Part shown: one piece after another, positions 1 through 12,126 of the stretch | How the letters are laid out: every line of letters begins with the position of its first letter | Position numbering within the stretch: position 1 is the first letter of the stretch | Source of the DNA: Octopus vulgaris | Lineage: Eukaryota | DNA: 64,000 nucleotides | Assembly: GCA_951406725.2 (NCBI GenBank) | Contig: OX597817.1 | Span: 113,770,001-113,834,000, forward strand | Reading direction: 5' to 3' | The notes under the pieces: generated by a model | Seen by the model: the letters and a program-made list of their open reading frames with translations, nothing else | The model's database searches: none | Told to the model about the DNA's origin: nothing | Translations under genes and position numbers: made by a program

Positions 1-679
1 TGATGATGATGGTTAATCCCAGAATCTATTGGTTTATAGAGGCACCATTGAAAACTTCCTTTTCTTGCAGTCTCTAGTTAATGTTTGAGAACAGCATAGT
101 CCATCCCTCTCCAAACCACACTGTGTGGTGTGAACTTTTGGAAAATTCAAAACAGAGAGAGAGAGGCTATGAAAAACAGAAGGAAGACAGACAGGCAGAA
201 ACAAGTACAGCGAGAGATAGGGTGGGGAGAGAAAGAAAGAAATCTAGCTAACTAGACAGAAAAGGAGAGATAGCTAGATAGAGAGAGAAGGAGAGAGAGA
301 GAAAGAGAGTATGTGTGTGTGTATGTGTTTGTGAAAGATATAGTGTTATAAGGATAGACAGAAAGTAAAAGCAAATACTTGAAAATGTGAGAGATGAGGT
401 AGGGAGGAAATAGTAAAGAAAAATTGAACAGGAAGGAGAGGAGAATTAAAGATATAATCCCACAAGACAACTTAAGGTATTGTAAATTAAATGGATAATA
501 GAACAGGATACACTGATTGTTTCTCTTCCTTCAAAAAATGTCACAAGCTAAGTTATAATGGAGATTCTTTACTGGTTTCAGTAATTTTACTGTGGCCATG
601 CTGGGATATCAGCTTCAAGAGTATTGTTGGGTATATATTGTAGTCTGGTATGTATGTTATTGACAGATGAGCCAATGAA

Positions 680-850
680 GGGGCTAGAAATAGCAGTTAA
701 TCTCCCTTAAATCACACCCTACTGTCTTAAAAAAAAAAGAACATATAGGATAAAGTGATCTGGGATTCCCGGCAAACAAGATGGGATGGTTGTGGCCAGA
801 GTGCCTTTAACCATACATCTACATGACTGGGGATAACTTAAGACTACATG
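680..850 (+). repeat. Interspersed repeat family D (probable LINE 3' end or SINE with a (CAA)n tail)
   Basis: The motif gctagaaatagcag..tctccctyaaatcacaccctactgtcttaaaaaa..gggatggt..gcctttratcata recurs at ~6530-6780(-), 7830-7980(-), 15495-15830(-), 18840-19025(+), 22935-23130(+), 28300-28470(-), 51190-51560(+) and 56950-57130(+). Confidence 0.7.
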
Positions 851-977
851 ATAACAATCACTAGCACTTTTGAAAGATGAGTACCAGTTAAGCACTGGGG
901 TTGATGCAATCAACTTAGTCCCTTCCCTGAAACTGCTGGCCTTATGCAAAAATTTGAGACCATTATTATATATCTGT

Positions 978-1190
978 AAGGCAGCAAATTGGCAGAATTG
1001 TTAGCACCCCAGACAAAACATCTAGTGGTATATCATCAGTGTGTTTACATTCTGAGTTCAAATTCTGCCAAGGTCAACTTTGCCTTTCATCTTATATATA
1101 GTAAAAACCAGTCAAGTAATGGGGTTGACAAAACCAACTAGTCCCCTTCCCCAAAAGTTCAGGTCATGTGCCTTTAGTAGAAAGAATTAT
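978..1190 (+). mobile_element. tRNA-derived SINE family A (MetaSINE-like core)
   Basis: A-box-like tggcagaattgttagc, B-box-like gagttcaaattc, core gtcaactttgcctttcatc and a (TTA)n tail; many similar copies in the window. Confidence 0.8.
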
Positions 1191-1803
1191 TACGCACTGG
1201 TTTTGCTATTCTGGTATGAAATCTAAACAGTCCCTCTGCCAGGTTTCTGCACAATTTCTGTCAACACAATTATGGTACAAGACACATGTCCAAGGGCCAA
1301 TCCAGAGGATTGCAACCTTGGAACCATGTACCTGTAGAGTGAACTTTTTAAGTATATGGCTATGCATCAGTCTAAATCTGGAAAAACAGTAAAAGAATGT
1401 CTGCTAATTCTAAATAAGATGTTTCTAGTTTAAATTTATACAAGATTCAACCCCACCCAAAATTCCAAGCAAGAAACTGAAGAGAAAATGAGACACCAAA
1501 ATAAATTTTTAAGGGGAGGAAATGAAAAAAAAGGTAAATTGCAATTTTTTTTCTTGGTGATAAGTAAATAAACTTCAGTGTTATTTCAAAATAGTACACA
1601 AGATTTACTTCCACAACTTCTAATTATTATTATCATTATTATTAAAGATAAGAGGCCTTGTAACTTTTCTTCTGGCTCTTTATGTTCTCAGTTCAATTCT
1701 TGCCATGGTCAACATTGCCTTCATCCCTCCAGGGTCAAGAAATAAAGTATCAGACCAAACTGCTGGATGTGTGCTTAAATTTAAAACCATTATTATTATT
1801 ATT

Positions 1804-2025
1804 AAGGCAATGAGCCAGCAGAATCGTTAGCATATTGGACAAAATTGCTGCTAGGCATTTTGTCTGCCTTTCCATTCTGAGTTCAAATGCCACCGAGGCC
1901 AACTTAGCCTTTCGTTCTTTTGGAGTTGATAAAATAAGCACCAGTTGAACATCGAGGTCGATGTAACCGATTAGCTCCCTCCCTCAAAATTTCAGGCCTT
2001 GTGCATACAGTAGAAAGGATTATTA
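1804..2025 (+). mobile_element. SINE family A copy
   Basis: aaggcaatgagccagcagaatcgttagc...ctgagttcaaatgccaccgagg...gataaaataagcaccag...gaaaggattattatt. Confidence 0.85.
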
Positions 2026-2260
2026 TTATATTATTTTACTTTATTTCTCAGAGCTCTCAATCTTACTTGCTCTGGTTAATTCTGTGAGAGAAGACTTGTT
2101 GTCAAAGGTCTCTCAGGGTCTCTTTCCACAAATTATAACACTTGGTGCCTGGATGTTAAGTATCATGGAAGATACTCATCACCCAAGTACCAATCTCAAA
2201 ATCCTTGCTGCTCCCAATGGAGCAGTTTTTTGAGCTTGGTCTACCCTTATATCAATTCCA

Positions 2261-2575
2261 CGGTGGCACGTAAAAAGCACCATCCGTTTGTGTCCGTTGC
2301 CAGCCTCGCCTGGCCCCCGTGCCGGTGGCACGTAAAAAGCACCATCCGTTCGTGGCCGTTTGCCAGCTCTGTCTGGCACCTGTGCGGGTGGCACGTAAAA
2401 AGCACCCACTACACTCACGGAGTGGTTGGCATTAGGAAGGGCATCCAGCCGTAGAAACACTGCCAGATCTGACTAGGCCTGATGAAGCCTTCTGGCTTCA
2501 CAGACCCCAGTTGAACCGTCCAACCCATGCTAGCATGGAAAACGGACACTAAACGATGATGATGATGATGATGAT
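2261..2575 (+). mobile_element. SINE family C (Deu/Nin-like motif ggaagggcatccagccgtagaaa), CpG-rich copy with (GAT)n tail
   Basis: Three internal repeats of ggtggcacgtaaaaagcacc, then gtggttggcattaggaagggcatccagccgtagaaac...ccaacccatgctagcatggaaaacggac and (gat)n. Confidence 0.8.
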
Positions 2576-3236
2576 TATCATTATTGTTGTTGCTGTTTTT
2601 ATCACCAGCGTCACAATCATTATCATCAACCCTGGGTTGATGAAAGGAAAAGTCAACTTCAGCCGGATTTGAATTCAGAACATGAATGGAGGTAACTAAA
2701 TTCACAGCAACAAAACTTCTTGTTGTTGTAATCAGTTTACTACATCAAGATGAATGAAATAGTAAAGTGCAAAACTGAAGATTGCATGATATCCAAGGTA
2801 AAATGCTTTCCAATTCTGAAATCATATCAGTCTCTGGTTAATTTTACACATGAAAGAAGGGGCAAGGTTTGTGTCTTTCTTTACAAAAGAATTCCCCATA
2901 ACTCTCACCAACTGCAGAAGTAGTAGCAGATATAGTAACAAGGATGGGGAAAGTGGATTTGGTTAAATCTCACATGTGCTAAACATGCTGTATTTTTTTT
3001 TTTTTACCTGTTTTTTTTATGTTAAGATATTATGGCTCAGTCCCACACTGCTCTGAGATCAATTAATGTCAAAGTTCACTGATTCTTGCTTTAATTTTAT
3101 CATAATTCAGTCATTAAAATAAATAGCACTGAGAATATGAGGTCAAACATATATACAATAGAACCTTGGTTTTCGAACAACTCTGATCATGAATAAATCG
3201 TAATTTAACTCCTGTCTTTCTCATATTCATTTAATA

Positions 3237-3348
3237 CAGTAGTACCTCGGTTTACGAATGCCTCTGATCACGGATAAATTGTACTATATATATACATAAA
3301 GCATAATTTATTTGCGAGTAGTGTTGTTCGAAAACTGAGGTACTACTG
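3237..3348. mobile_element. Tigger/pogo-type MITE
   Basis: TIRs cagtagtacctcggtttacgaa / ttcgaaaactgaggtactactg, with TA on both sides. A second orphan left end lies at ~3156-3205. Confidence 0.8.
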
Positions 3349-3354
3349 TATGCA

Positions 3355-3402
<48 letters not shown>

Positions 3403-3410
3403 CGTGTGTA
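3349..3410. repeat. (GT)n microsatellite
   Basis: Direct reading. Confidence 0.95.
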
Positions 3411-3594
3411 TCCAAAGTTCAAAATTTGGGAATGAAATAGACAAAATCCAAGTTCCATATGTTTCATAGCGAGCAGATCCTCAGAAATAATAATTACCCA
3501 AATGAGGGGTAATCTGCCAGCTACTCGCAAAAGACACCATAATCAAATGAAATTTACATTGTTGTCAAGGGATCCTATGATAACTCACAGGCAA

Positions 3595-3745
3595 GATGGC
3601 TTCTTTCAGTTTCTATCTATCAAATCTATTCAGTAAGCTTTGGTCAGCCTGGGGCTATAGCTGAAGACATTTGCTCAATGTGTCACCCAGAGGTCTTAAC
3701 CCTGAAACCAACTGGTTGGGAAGCAAGCTTCTAAACCACATAGCT
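3595..3745 (-). mobile_element. tRNA-derived SINE family B, 5' part
   Basis: Reverse complement matches gtggtaagaagcttgcttcccaacca...gggttcagtcc...caagtgtcttc...ctgaccaaagc...gaaactgaaagaagcc. Confidence 0.75.
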
Positions 3746-3762
3746 AAGTATGTGTGGGTGTG

Positions 3763-3990
3763 TGAAGGCACACAACCTAGTAGCTAGGGTATTGCATTCA
3801 AGATCGCAAGCTGGCACTGTGTCATGTTCTTGAGCAAAACATTTCATTTCACATTGCTCCAGTCCACTCAGCTGTAAATGGGTAACCATGCAACAGACTT
3901 GCATTCCATTCAGAGTAGTGGCGTCATTCCAAAGTTATGTGACAAAGTGCATTGTGACCAGTGCTGTACAATAACATCCAATAGCCTGCA
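3763..3990 (+). mobile_element. CORE-like SINE family E
   Basis: tgttcttgagcaaaacatttcatttcacattgctccagtccactcagctgtaaatgggtaac; a related copy lies at ~49672-49790. Confidence 0.55.
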
Positions 3991-4076
3991 TGATATGTTG
4001 GGATATATTTTTGTAAATATTAATATTGATATTTTATATATATATATATATATGTAATGGTTGAAATGTTCCCGTT

Positions 4077-4117
<41 letters not shown>

Positions 4118-4307
4118 CATACACACACACACAAATACACATGTATTGAGGGGTGTATGAAAGGTTATGACCCTTCAAGGCCTTTGTGCCTTCAAGTCTT
4201 GTACCATGTTTTGTTTTTTAAGGCTCAAGACTTTTCATACACCCCTTGTACACATGCACTTTCAATATATAATTTATAAAGGATATAATAATAACAATAA
4301 TAAAAAT

Positions 4308-4662
4308 CAAAAACAATTGCAGCATGGAAGGTGTTTATAAGCTGTTTAAAAAACACACAAAAACCGTTACATTCACTTTGACATTTAAATTTAATTTGTC
4401 AAAATATTTTCATTGCTTTGAGACTGTAACCTGATCACTGACAAAATTCCATGCAGCACAGAATTTTGTCAGTGATCATGTCGTGGTCTCAAAGCGGCGA
4501 AAATATTTTGGCAAATTAAATTTAAATGTTGAAGTGAATCTAACGGTTTTTGTGTTTTTTTTAAATGGCTTATAAACACCTTCACCTTCCATGCAGTAAT
4601 TGTTTTTGTTTCAGCACACGATCTCAGATCAGGTCACTTGCTATGCAAGTACATCTCTGTAA
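4308..4662. mobile_element. Palindromic element (inverted arms ~4308-4450 and 4460-4608), Penelope-like inverted terminal repeat carrying hammerhead-like motifs
   Basis: The two arms are reverse complements around atgcagcac (4451-4459). The same element, with the same one-sided extension, is inverted at 53916-54269. Confidence 0.8.
4465..4515 (+). ncRNA. Candidate minimal type-I hammerhead ribozyme, G3:C8 core variant
   Basis: Stem I tttgtca/tggcaaa; core GUGAUCA (4472-4478) plus one extra nucleotide; stem II gtcgt/gcggc; GAAA (4499-4502); palindromic loop ATAT; then U16.1-U17. Confidence 0.55.
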
Positions 4663-7179
4663 AAATAATAAAAATGTTGAAGTGCTTCCTTACAATGTGT
4701 GGAGTATCTTCTGTATTGGTATGTCTGTAAATGATCATTTTGGGGAGCTGCCTGGAACATCATGAATCTTGAATTAAACCAACAGTGATACTTTCAATGC
4801 AACAGTTATAACATGGATATCTGCAATCTTGAAAGTCTGATGGAGATCTGAAACAAATTTAGAAAACAAAAATAGGATTATTAAAAAGCAGAGTAATAAA
4901 CATATATAATATATATTTAGTGGGTTTAATGAAATGAAGAAAAAAGTACCCAATATCATAAGAAGAATATTGTAGTTCATTTTGGCAGGATTTATAGTCT
5001 GTGATCTTGTGTTTTCCCAACATGTCGTCAGTTTTTCGGATAGGGAAAACCTTGATCCACTTTTTTTTTTTAACTCTCTTGTATGTACCTTCTGTGTATG
5101 TACCTATATTTACTCAACTACTGTCATTTATCAATGGTTTCTCCCATAGTTTTGATGTACCATTTTCTATCATTAGTAAAAATGTCTGCATTTTTAATGA
5201 CATGGGTATGCTAGTGAAATTAGAAACTGAACCAGGGTTTTTGAGTCAATAAGGTAAACTGAGGAAAGCAGTTATGTGTCTTGCTCAGGAGGGCATAGAC
5301 ACGATGCAATGGCTGTTGTGTAGTAAGGTCTGAACTCATCATGTCCATGTAGTCAGTAATAAATCAGTACTTTAATCTCATAGCCATTTACTTAATAAAA
5401 AAAAATTATCAGTTTTCAATATTTCTCATGTAATTATTATAAAACATAATATAGAAAGAATGTGTGTATGTGTATGTATGGGGAGAATAAATGACTAATA
5501 TGATAAACAGAAAAACTACAAAAAGAAAAAAAATACAAGCATCTCTGCATCTATTTAACTGTTGTAATTCAGAAAAAATGTTTCTCTTTTATGTCTGCCT
5601 GTTTCTTTTCATCTAATAATGAATGTACTTTCTGCTTCCCTACTGCTCTGTTTTCTTTGCATTTACTGTCCATCTTTCTCTTTCTCCACTTTACTATATA
5701 TCTATCTTCTCTTTGATTGTTGGTCTTACCCTAGCTTCCTTTCTCCAACTGGCTTTTCTATTTCTGTCTTTTTTCTTCATTTCTCTGTCTCACCACCTTT
5801 GATTCTCTCTCTCTCAGTTGTTATTATTAGCTTAATTATCAAGTTCCTATCCATTTCCTTACCTAACATTGCCTTCCTCTCTTGCTTCCCTCAAAAGCCA
5901 TGTAAGAAATATTTTGCTTTCTGTTTCTGTCAGAAATACTGTTCAAATTGCTTTACTCACCAAGCGACTTTTATTTTTTGTTGTTTTCTGTGCTTCATTT
6001 AAAATTCTAAACTAATGAGAGACACAGACCATCTTAATTGTGTTGGAATTTTTAAGAAATAGAGATGAGTAAGGTAATTGTACATCTTATTACTGTGGAT
6101 TTTTAATATGAAAATGTGTGTGTATGTATGTAGGTCATTATTCAGTTTTATTTCAATATTTCTTGCCAATAGAGAAAGAGCTGGTTTTTAATCTAGATCC
6201 AAGGCCCCTTGATTGGAATTTTAACATCAACAGGGTATTTTTGCAAGTATGTGTGTATATGTGCAGTATTAGGAGTCAGTGTATTCGCAGCTGTGTGTGT
6301 GTGCGTGCCTGTCTATCTGTCTGTCTATCTATCTATCTGCATACACATGAAATGTAATGTGTTCTATGCAAAAAGAAAGCATGTTTTTATTTTTTATATG
6401 TAAATCTTTGCTAATTGCAAGAGTGAGTCATCATAAAACACACATTTCAGACAAGGTTGTAAGTTTGAAAGTTCTGAGTGATTGAAACAAATGACTATTT
6501 TTATTTTTTTTTACACCATTTCAGCTCTTGTGTACTTTGATTTAACTGAGATTAGATCTAAGCTTATTTAGATGTCATTGCTAGATCAGATACTGCAAAT
6601 CTTTGATCAAAAGACATTTCAGCAGTGGCCGTCCTATTTTTCCCCCCTCACTCAGTAGAGCCACATTATACAATATATCTTCTCAATTTTTTTTTTCTTT
6701 AAAGATGATAGAATGTGATCAGAAGAAGATTTAGCTGCTATTTCTAGAAAATCAAGTAGAGGATCCCTTGTTCGCTCAAAAACCTATTTAGTAATTCCTA
6801 GAAGTAGATCAATATCCTTTGGCAAACATTCCAGGAGAGCTGTATGAATATGTGCCTTGGTTATGGCTTTCCTATTCAAATCCCTTAATCCTTCTTTCAT
6901 CAACTGTCATTTTCGTTCTGCTGTCCCTTTCCCGTACAATGAAGCGGGTATTTGATCAATGTTCATTCTAATTGATTTATTCCCATCCGGGTATAGGTGG
7001 GAGCATGACTGTCTGTTGATAAGGAATTTGCTCCACAATCATGTTGTTCTGAGTATGATTCCACCACTGAGTGTTTTCTCTCACAACATTGGGTCAATCA
7101 AAGCTTTGTGAGGGATTTTTGAGAGAAGCAAACTGAGCAGAGGAAGCCTGTATATGTAGATATATATTAGTATTTCAAT

Positions 7180-7180
<1 letters not shown>

Positions 7181-7217
<37 letters not shown>
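7181..7217. repeat. (GA)n microsatellite
   Basis: Direct reading. Confidence 0.95.
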
Positions 7218-7220
<3 letters not shown>

Positions 7221-8559
7221 TTGCTATTTTAAAATAACAATAGATTACACACTTATGCATATTTACATAAAGGGAGGATAGTAGTAAGGGTTACATAAAG
7301 AGGGAAAGCAATATAGAAGGAAAATACAGTGATAGATGAAAAGAAAGGTGGAGGGAATTAAGAAAAAAGAAACGAGAAAAAACCAGGTGAAAAATTGGAT
7401 GGAAGAGAGAAAAAGGCAAAAAGAACAATTGTGTTCATGTGCATGCATGCACATTTTATGTGCATATGCATATAGCTATGGATGTAAATAAAGTTTGTGT
7501 ACACACACACACACACACATAGGTGTACAAACACACATATGCATATATATTTATGTGTGTGAGTGTGTGTAAAGAGTGTAAAGTGAAATGATGATTGTTG
7601 AAGTTCAAACAATGTTTTAAATGTTTTACACGGCACAGTTCATTTAAGTTGTAAACTGGAAAGAAGCCAGTTGTGAATGGCAGGATATTAGTCATTTGGA
7701 AGAACTGGAGCTAGAACAGCACCAAATCTCATTTGGTACAGTAAAGAAAACTATAGACTTTTTATAGACATCTAAATTATCTAACTAAACTTAGCAATAT
7801 ACTGTTGCACACAGTATCATTGTAGTGGTTGTTGTTATTCAATCCAATGTCAGCTATGATAGAGCAGACCTATCTCTAAATATGTTTCAGATTTTATCTG
7901 CCTCCCTTTGGAAGTTATAGAAATCTACAATATAGGATTTCTTCAATTACAATTTACCTAGCATTTTTAAGAGTAGAATGCATCGGGTCATGCCAGGTCC
8001 AGTTTTTAAAATTTAAACTCCAATTAAGCAAAATTTACAGAAAACTCACATTCTGGTGTGTGTGTCAAATGCTTTTCTTAATGTGGTTTACACCACACGC
8101 ACACGCACACACACAGTGTGCAACAAATAAAATGAAAGTAAATAGCGACAGAGTGATTTGAGGAAGACTAAACTGAAAGTATTTAAACCACTACTCAAAA
8201 AATAAAAAAAACACAGCAAACAGAAACAAATAAATACATAACGATTTACTCCTCACACAATTTCTTCAATTAGAGTGTACCCATGATTTTTCAGAGTACT
8301 TCAGTGGGTGATGCCATAAAAAATTTCTTTCAATTTTACCACCAATTAAGACAAAATTCGATAAAACTCAATATTTTAACATTTCACTCCGAAAGCATTG
8401 ATGTACATGTGTGCGTGCGTGAGTGTGTGTGTGTGTTTGATGGGTTGTGCGACACAGAAAGTGTGGTGTGTAAGTGAAGTGCTTTTGTTAGTGTGTGTAA
8501 AGAGACAGACAGAGTGAAAGACAGAAATAAGCGCGCGTAATTGAAAGTTTTCACTATGA

Positions 8560-9313
8560 TATCATCACGTGCGAAAAAATTCGATGGGTTTTGAACAATT
8601 GAGATACAGATGTCACGCCTGTATTGAAACCATTGCTAAGCTGCCGTAATTGCTTAATTAAGACTTTGTTTAAATTGAAAGGGGCAAATATGTGACGAGG
8701 TTGAAAAAAATACCCCAGAAAAAAAAATGTACTGCTGGTATTTATATAATTCACTACTATTTTGCTACAATGTCATGAAAAAGAAAAAATTTAGGTATGT
8801 AAATCGAATTCACCACCCCCTTTTCCCCGTTCGCGTTTGTGTAAAAAAAATTATTATTTAAGTTTTAAAAATTATTTACTTTGTTCAAAAAATATTAATA
8901 TTAATTAATTTTCAAGAATTATTTAATTTTATTCTGTAAAATAGTAATTAATTCATTTATCTGTAAATCCGCGAGGTTGTTACTCAGGCACCTAGAATGG
9001 TAACCTTCAACTAACACTATCTCCTCCGAGAACCTGCGGCGCAAGTTGACCAAAATTGAGAGTATGGTAGAAGGGTTGCTCTTCCTTCCGTAGAACATAA
9101 AATTCAAATCGGACCATGTTAACACCAAAAATTATTTACATCAAAAAGATGCTTTTTTCTATGAAAATCCCTATTTTTTACAATTTTTTCACTGCTGTGT
9201 CGCCACTTTTCGGTGTATTTCGACCAGAAAAATGTTCACAAAATTTTTACTTTTCAAAATTACAATTCCAGCGGGTCGAAACAAACCCGAGCAACGCCGG
9301 GCGATACTGCTAG
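8560..9313 (+). mobile_element. Non-autonomous Helitron (3' end clear, 5' end uncertain)
   Basis: 3' GC hairpin cccgagcaacgccggg followed by ..gcgatactgCTAG|t; interior is CpG-rich relative to the flanks. Confidence 0.65.
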
Positions 9314-9856
9314 TCTATTATAAATATGTTTCAGTTCTGACTATCTTGTTTGGAGCTGTTTCCAAACATAGTGTAACTAAAACTAGTTACCCAGTATTTA
9401 ATTGTCTTTCCTTTTTTTTCTTAACAATATTTTGGTCAATGGTTCTCAAATATGTGCAGTATTGCAAGAGGTATGTGGGTATGCGAGTGCACTGGATTTT
9501 AAAAAATATAATTTGAGGCTTTTGAAAATTCATGTTGATTCATCAGTGTCTTGGAAAATGAATTATTCATAATTTTTTGTCATATGATTATTAAAATGAA
9601 GTAAGAATTTTCTCTATCTTTTTTCTAAATTTTTAACTATAAAACAGTTTATTTGATCTCTAGCAGGCTATGAAATCAAAAAGATTGAGAAATACTGCAC
9701 AGAATGATTTGAGGAAGATATGGACGCTACTTCTAACAAATAAAGATACCATGTTGAAGTTACCTTGTCACAGTGGTTGCTAGTAAGTTTTTTATTTTCA
9801 TTGTGTATATGAGTAGACGAGTTCCTGTTCCCTTTTGGTACAGTAAAAAAAATATA

Positions 9857-10200
9857 GGTGCTGGCATCACTGTGCGGTAAGAAGCCTGCTTCCCAACCTC
9901 ATGGTCGGGGTTCAGTCCCACTGTGTGACACCTTGGTCATGTGTCTTCCTCTATGGTCTAGGGCCAAACAACTTCATGAGTGGATTTGGTAGACAGAAAG
10001 TGAAAAAAGTCTATCATATGTGTGCATGTGCATGTCTGTGTTTGTCCTCCCTCCACACACTCAACAATCAGCAAAAAGAGTTCGCTAGAATAAGTGCCAG
10101 GCTTAAAAATAAATACTGGTGCCAATTTGTTCAACTAAAGCTCAAGATGGTGCCTCAGCACAGCAGCAGCCGAAAGACTGAAACAACTAAAAGATAAAAG
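9857..10200 (+). mobile_element. SINE family B, near full length
   Basis: gtgcggtaagaagcctgcttcccaacc...ggttcagtcccactg...gagtggatttggtagac...gaataagtgccaggc...gactgaaacaactaaaagataaaag. Confidence 0.85.
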
Positions 10201-10262
10201 ATACTCCTTATACATCTAAACTACCACCCTAAGCTTAATAACATATTGTTTAACAGTGTTTA

Positions 10263-10500
10263 AGTCAGTGAGCTGGCAGAAACATTAGCACGCCGGGCAA
10301 AATACTTAGTGGTATTTCGTCTGCTGTTACGTTCTGAGTTCAAATTACACTGAGGTCGACTTTGCCTTTCATCCTTTCGGGGTCGATAAATTAAGTACCA
10401 GTTACACACTGGGGTTGATATAATCGACTTAATCCCTTTGTCTGTCCTTGTTTGTCCCCTCTGTGTTTAGCCCCTTGTGGGCAATAAAGAAATAAGAAAT
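10263..10500 (+). mobile_element. SINE family A, well-preserved copy
   Basis: gtgagctggcagaaacattagcacgccggg...ctgagttcaaatt...gtcgactttgcctttcatcctttcggggtcgataaattaagtaccag...gggcaataaagaaataagaa. Confidence 0.9.
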
Positions 10501-11107
10501 AAGCAATTACTGTTGTTTAGTTATTGGTTAGACAGTTGCATGTCTACAGTTAGACCACATTAGGTGAAAACATTTTTTTTCTTGATGCACTATGAAGAAG
10601 ATATTGCAAATGGAGCATCAACCATAATTTCCATCCTTATCTCAATAATCCTGGTGACAGAAGCTCTAAGAATATCTAGGAGCAGAGACTGTTGTAATAG
10701 TAATAAGTGGCATCAAATAACATTTGTTGGCAGTTCTTCAGTGTAGGGTCTATTTTATTGAATGTTAATGATGTTGAGAGGGTGAAATGTATCCAGACAT
10801 AGTAGTAATTAAAAAGAGAGAATTTGATTGGTTAAGTAATTTTTATCTTGAGTTTTTATCACCTTTATCAGAAGGTGGTGTGAACACATGCTAGGATGGT
10901 GCTTCTTGCCCAAAGGCTTCAGTTTGCAGGTGATAATTCTTGAGTGTAGTTCATAATTGTATGGCTTAGCCAGAATATTCTGATGTCAGACATGGCTGGA
11001 AGGTTTTGTTTTCAGGAATGCTTCAGAGCCAAGGTCAAAGAAAATACTGGTATATGGGTTTGAAGAGAATGCTTCCCAGAGGTTCTGATCCTATGTAATA
11101 GGACGTG

Positions 11108-11127
11108 TGAGAGAGAGAGAGAGAGAG

Positions 11128-11162
<35 letters not shown>

Positions 11163-11218
11163 GAGAGAGTGGAGAGAGAGTGGAGAGAGAGTGGAGAGAG
11201 AGTGGAGAGAGAGTGAGA

Positions 11219-11262
<44 letters not shown>

Positions 11263-11362
11263 GTGAGTGAGTGAGTGAGTGAGTGAGTGAGTGAGTGAGT
11301 GAGTGAGTGAGTGTGTGTGTGTGTGTGAGTGAGTGAGTGAGTGAGTGAGTGAGTGAGTGAGT

Positions 11363-11432
<70 letters not shown>
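11108..11432. repeat. Compound microsatellite (GA)n/(GAGAGAGAGTG)n/(GAGT)n/(GT)n
   Basis: Direct reading. Confidence 0.95.
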
Positions 11433-11435
<3 letters not shown>

Positions 11436-11870
11436 TTAAGTGTGTTTAACTGATAAAGTCTAAGATTAGAACAGATTCAGTGTGATGGTTAAGCTACCAA
11501 CAGGGCCAATTCCCCTGTTGCACGTTAACTCAGTTGCTAATCTAAAGAAATGGTTTCTTATAACAGTTGTTAGTACAGATGAATCTCTTGCAATTGAATA
11601 TCCTTATGTTGTTGTTATTATTATTGGTACAGCCTTCTTGTTGATAGTGCCACCTTCTCATAACCTGTATTGCAGCTGCATTGCTAAACTAGTTAGGGGT
11701 TGTTGATTTATAGAATTTGGTAGTGTATGGGGTGTGTCTATGTATGATGTAGTGTAATATACAGAGTTTTTTTTTTTGTTTGTTTGCTGTTCATTTAGCT
11801 ATTCCAGACAGGTAGGTCAGAAGTAAAGCAAATTTGCTGCCAAATAGGAAGAAAACTGGCAGAGGCTGGC

Positions 11871-11914
<44 letters not shown>

Positions 11915-12126
11915 AAGCAGAATATTAAATATCTAAAGTGTAATATATATTTGTTTATTCTGTACTAACTACATTCAATGCAATATTTTGAATGTGTCCA
12001 AATCAAGTAGAAATAATATTTATAATTGAAAAATAAAATGAACTTAAGAGAAATAAATTGAATAGGTCAATGTCATGAATTTAGGTAAGTCAGTTAGTAA
12101 AGGTATAATGTACAGAAATATGTACA

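Noticed and set aside
5619-6002. 127-aa hydrophobic ORF resembling a membrane protein
   Set aside because: A pyrimidine-rich low-complexity tract producing F/L/S codons.
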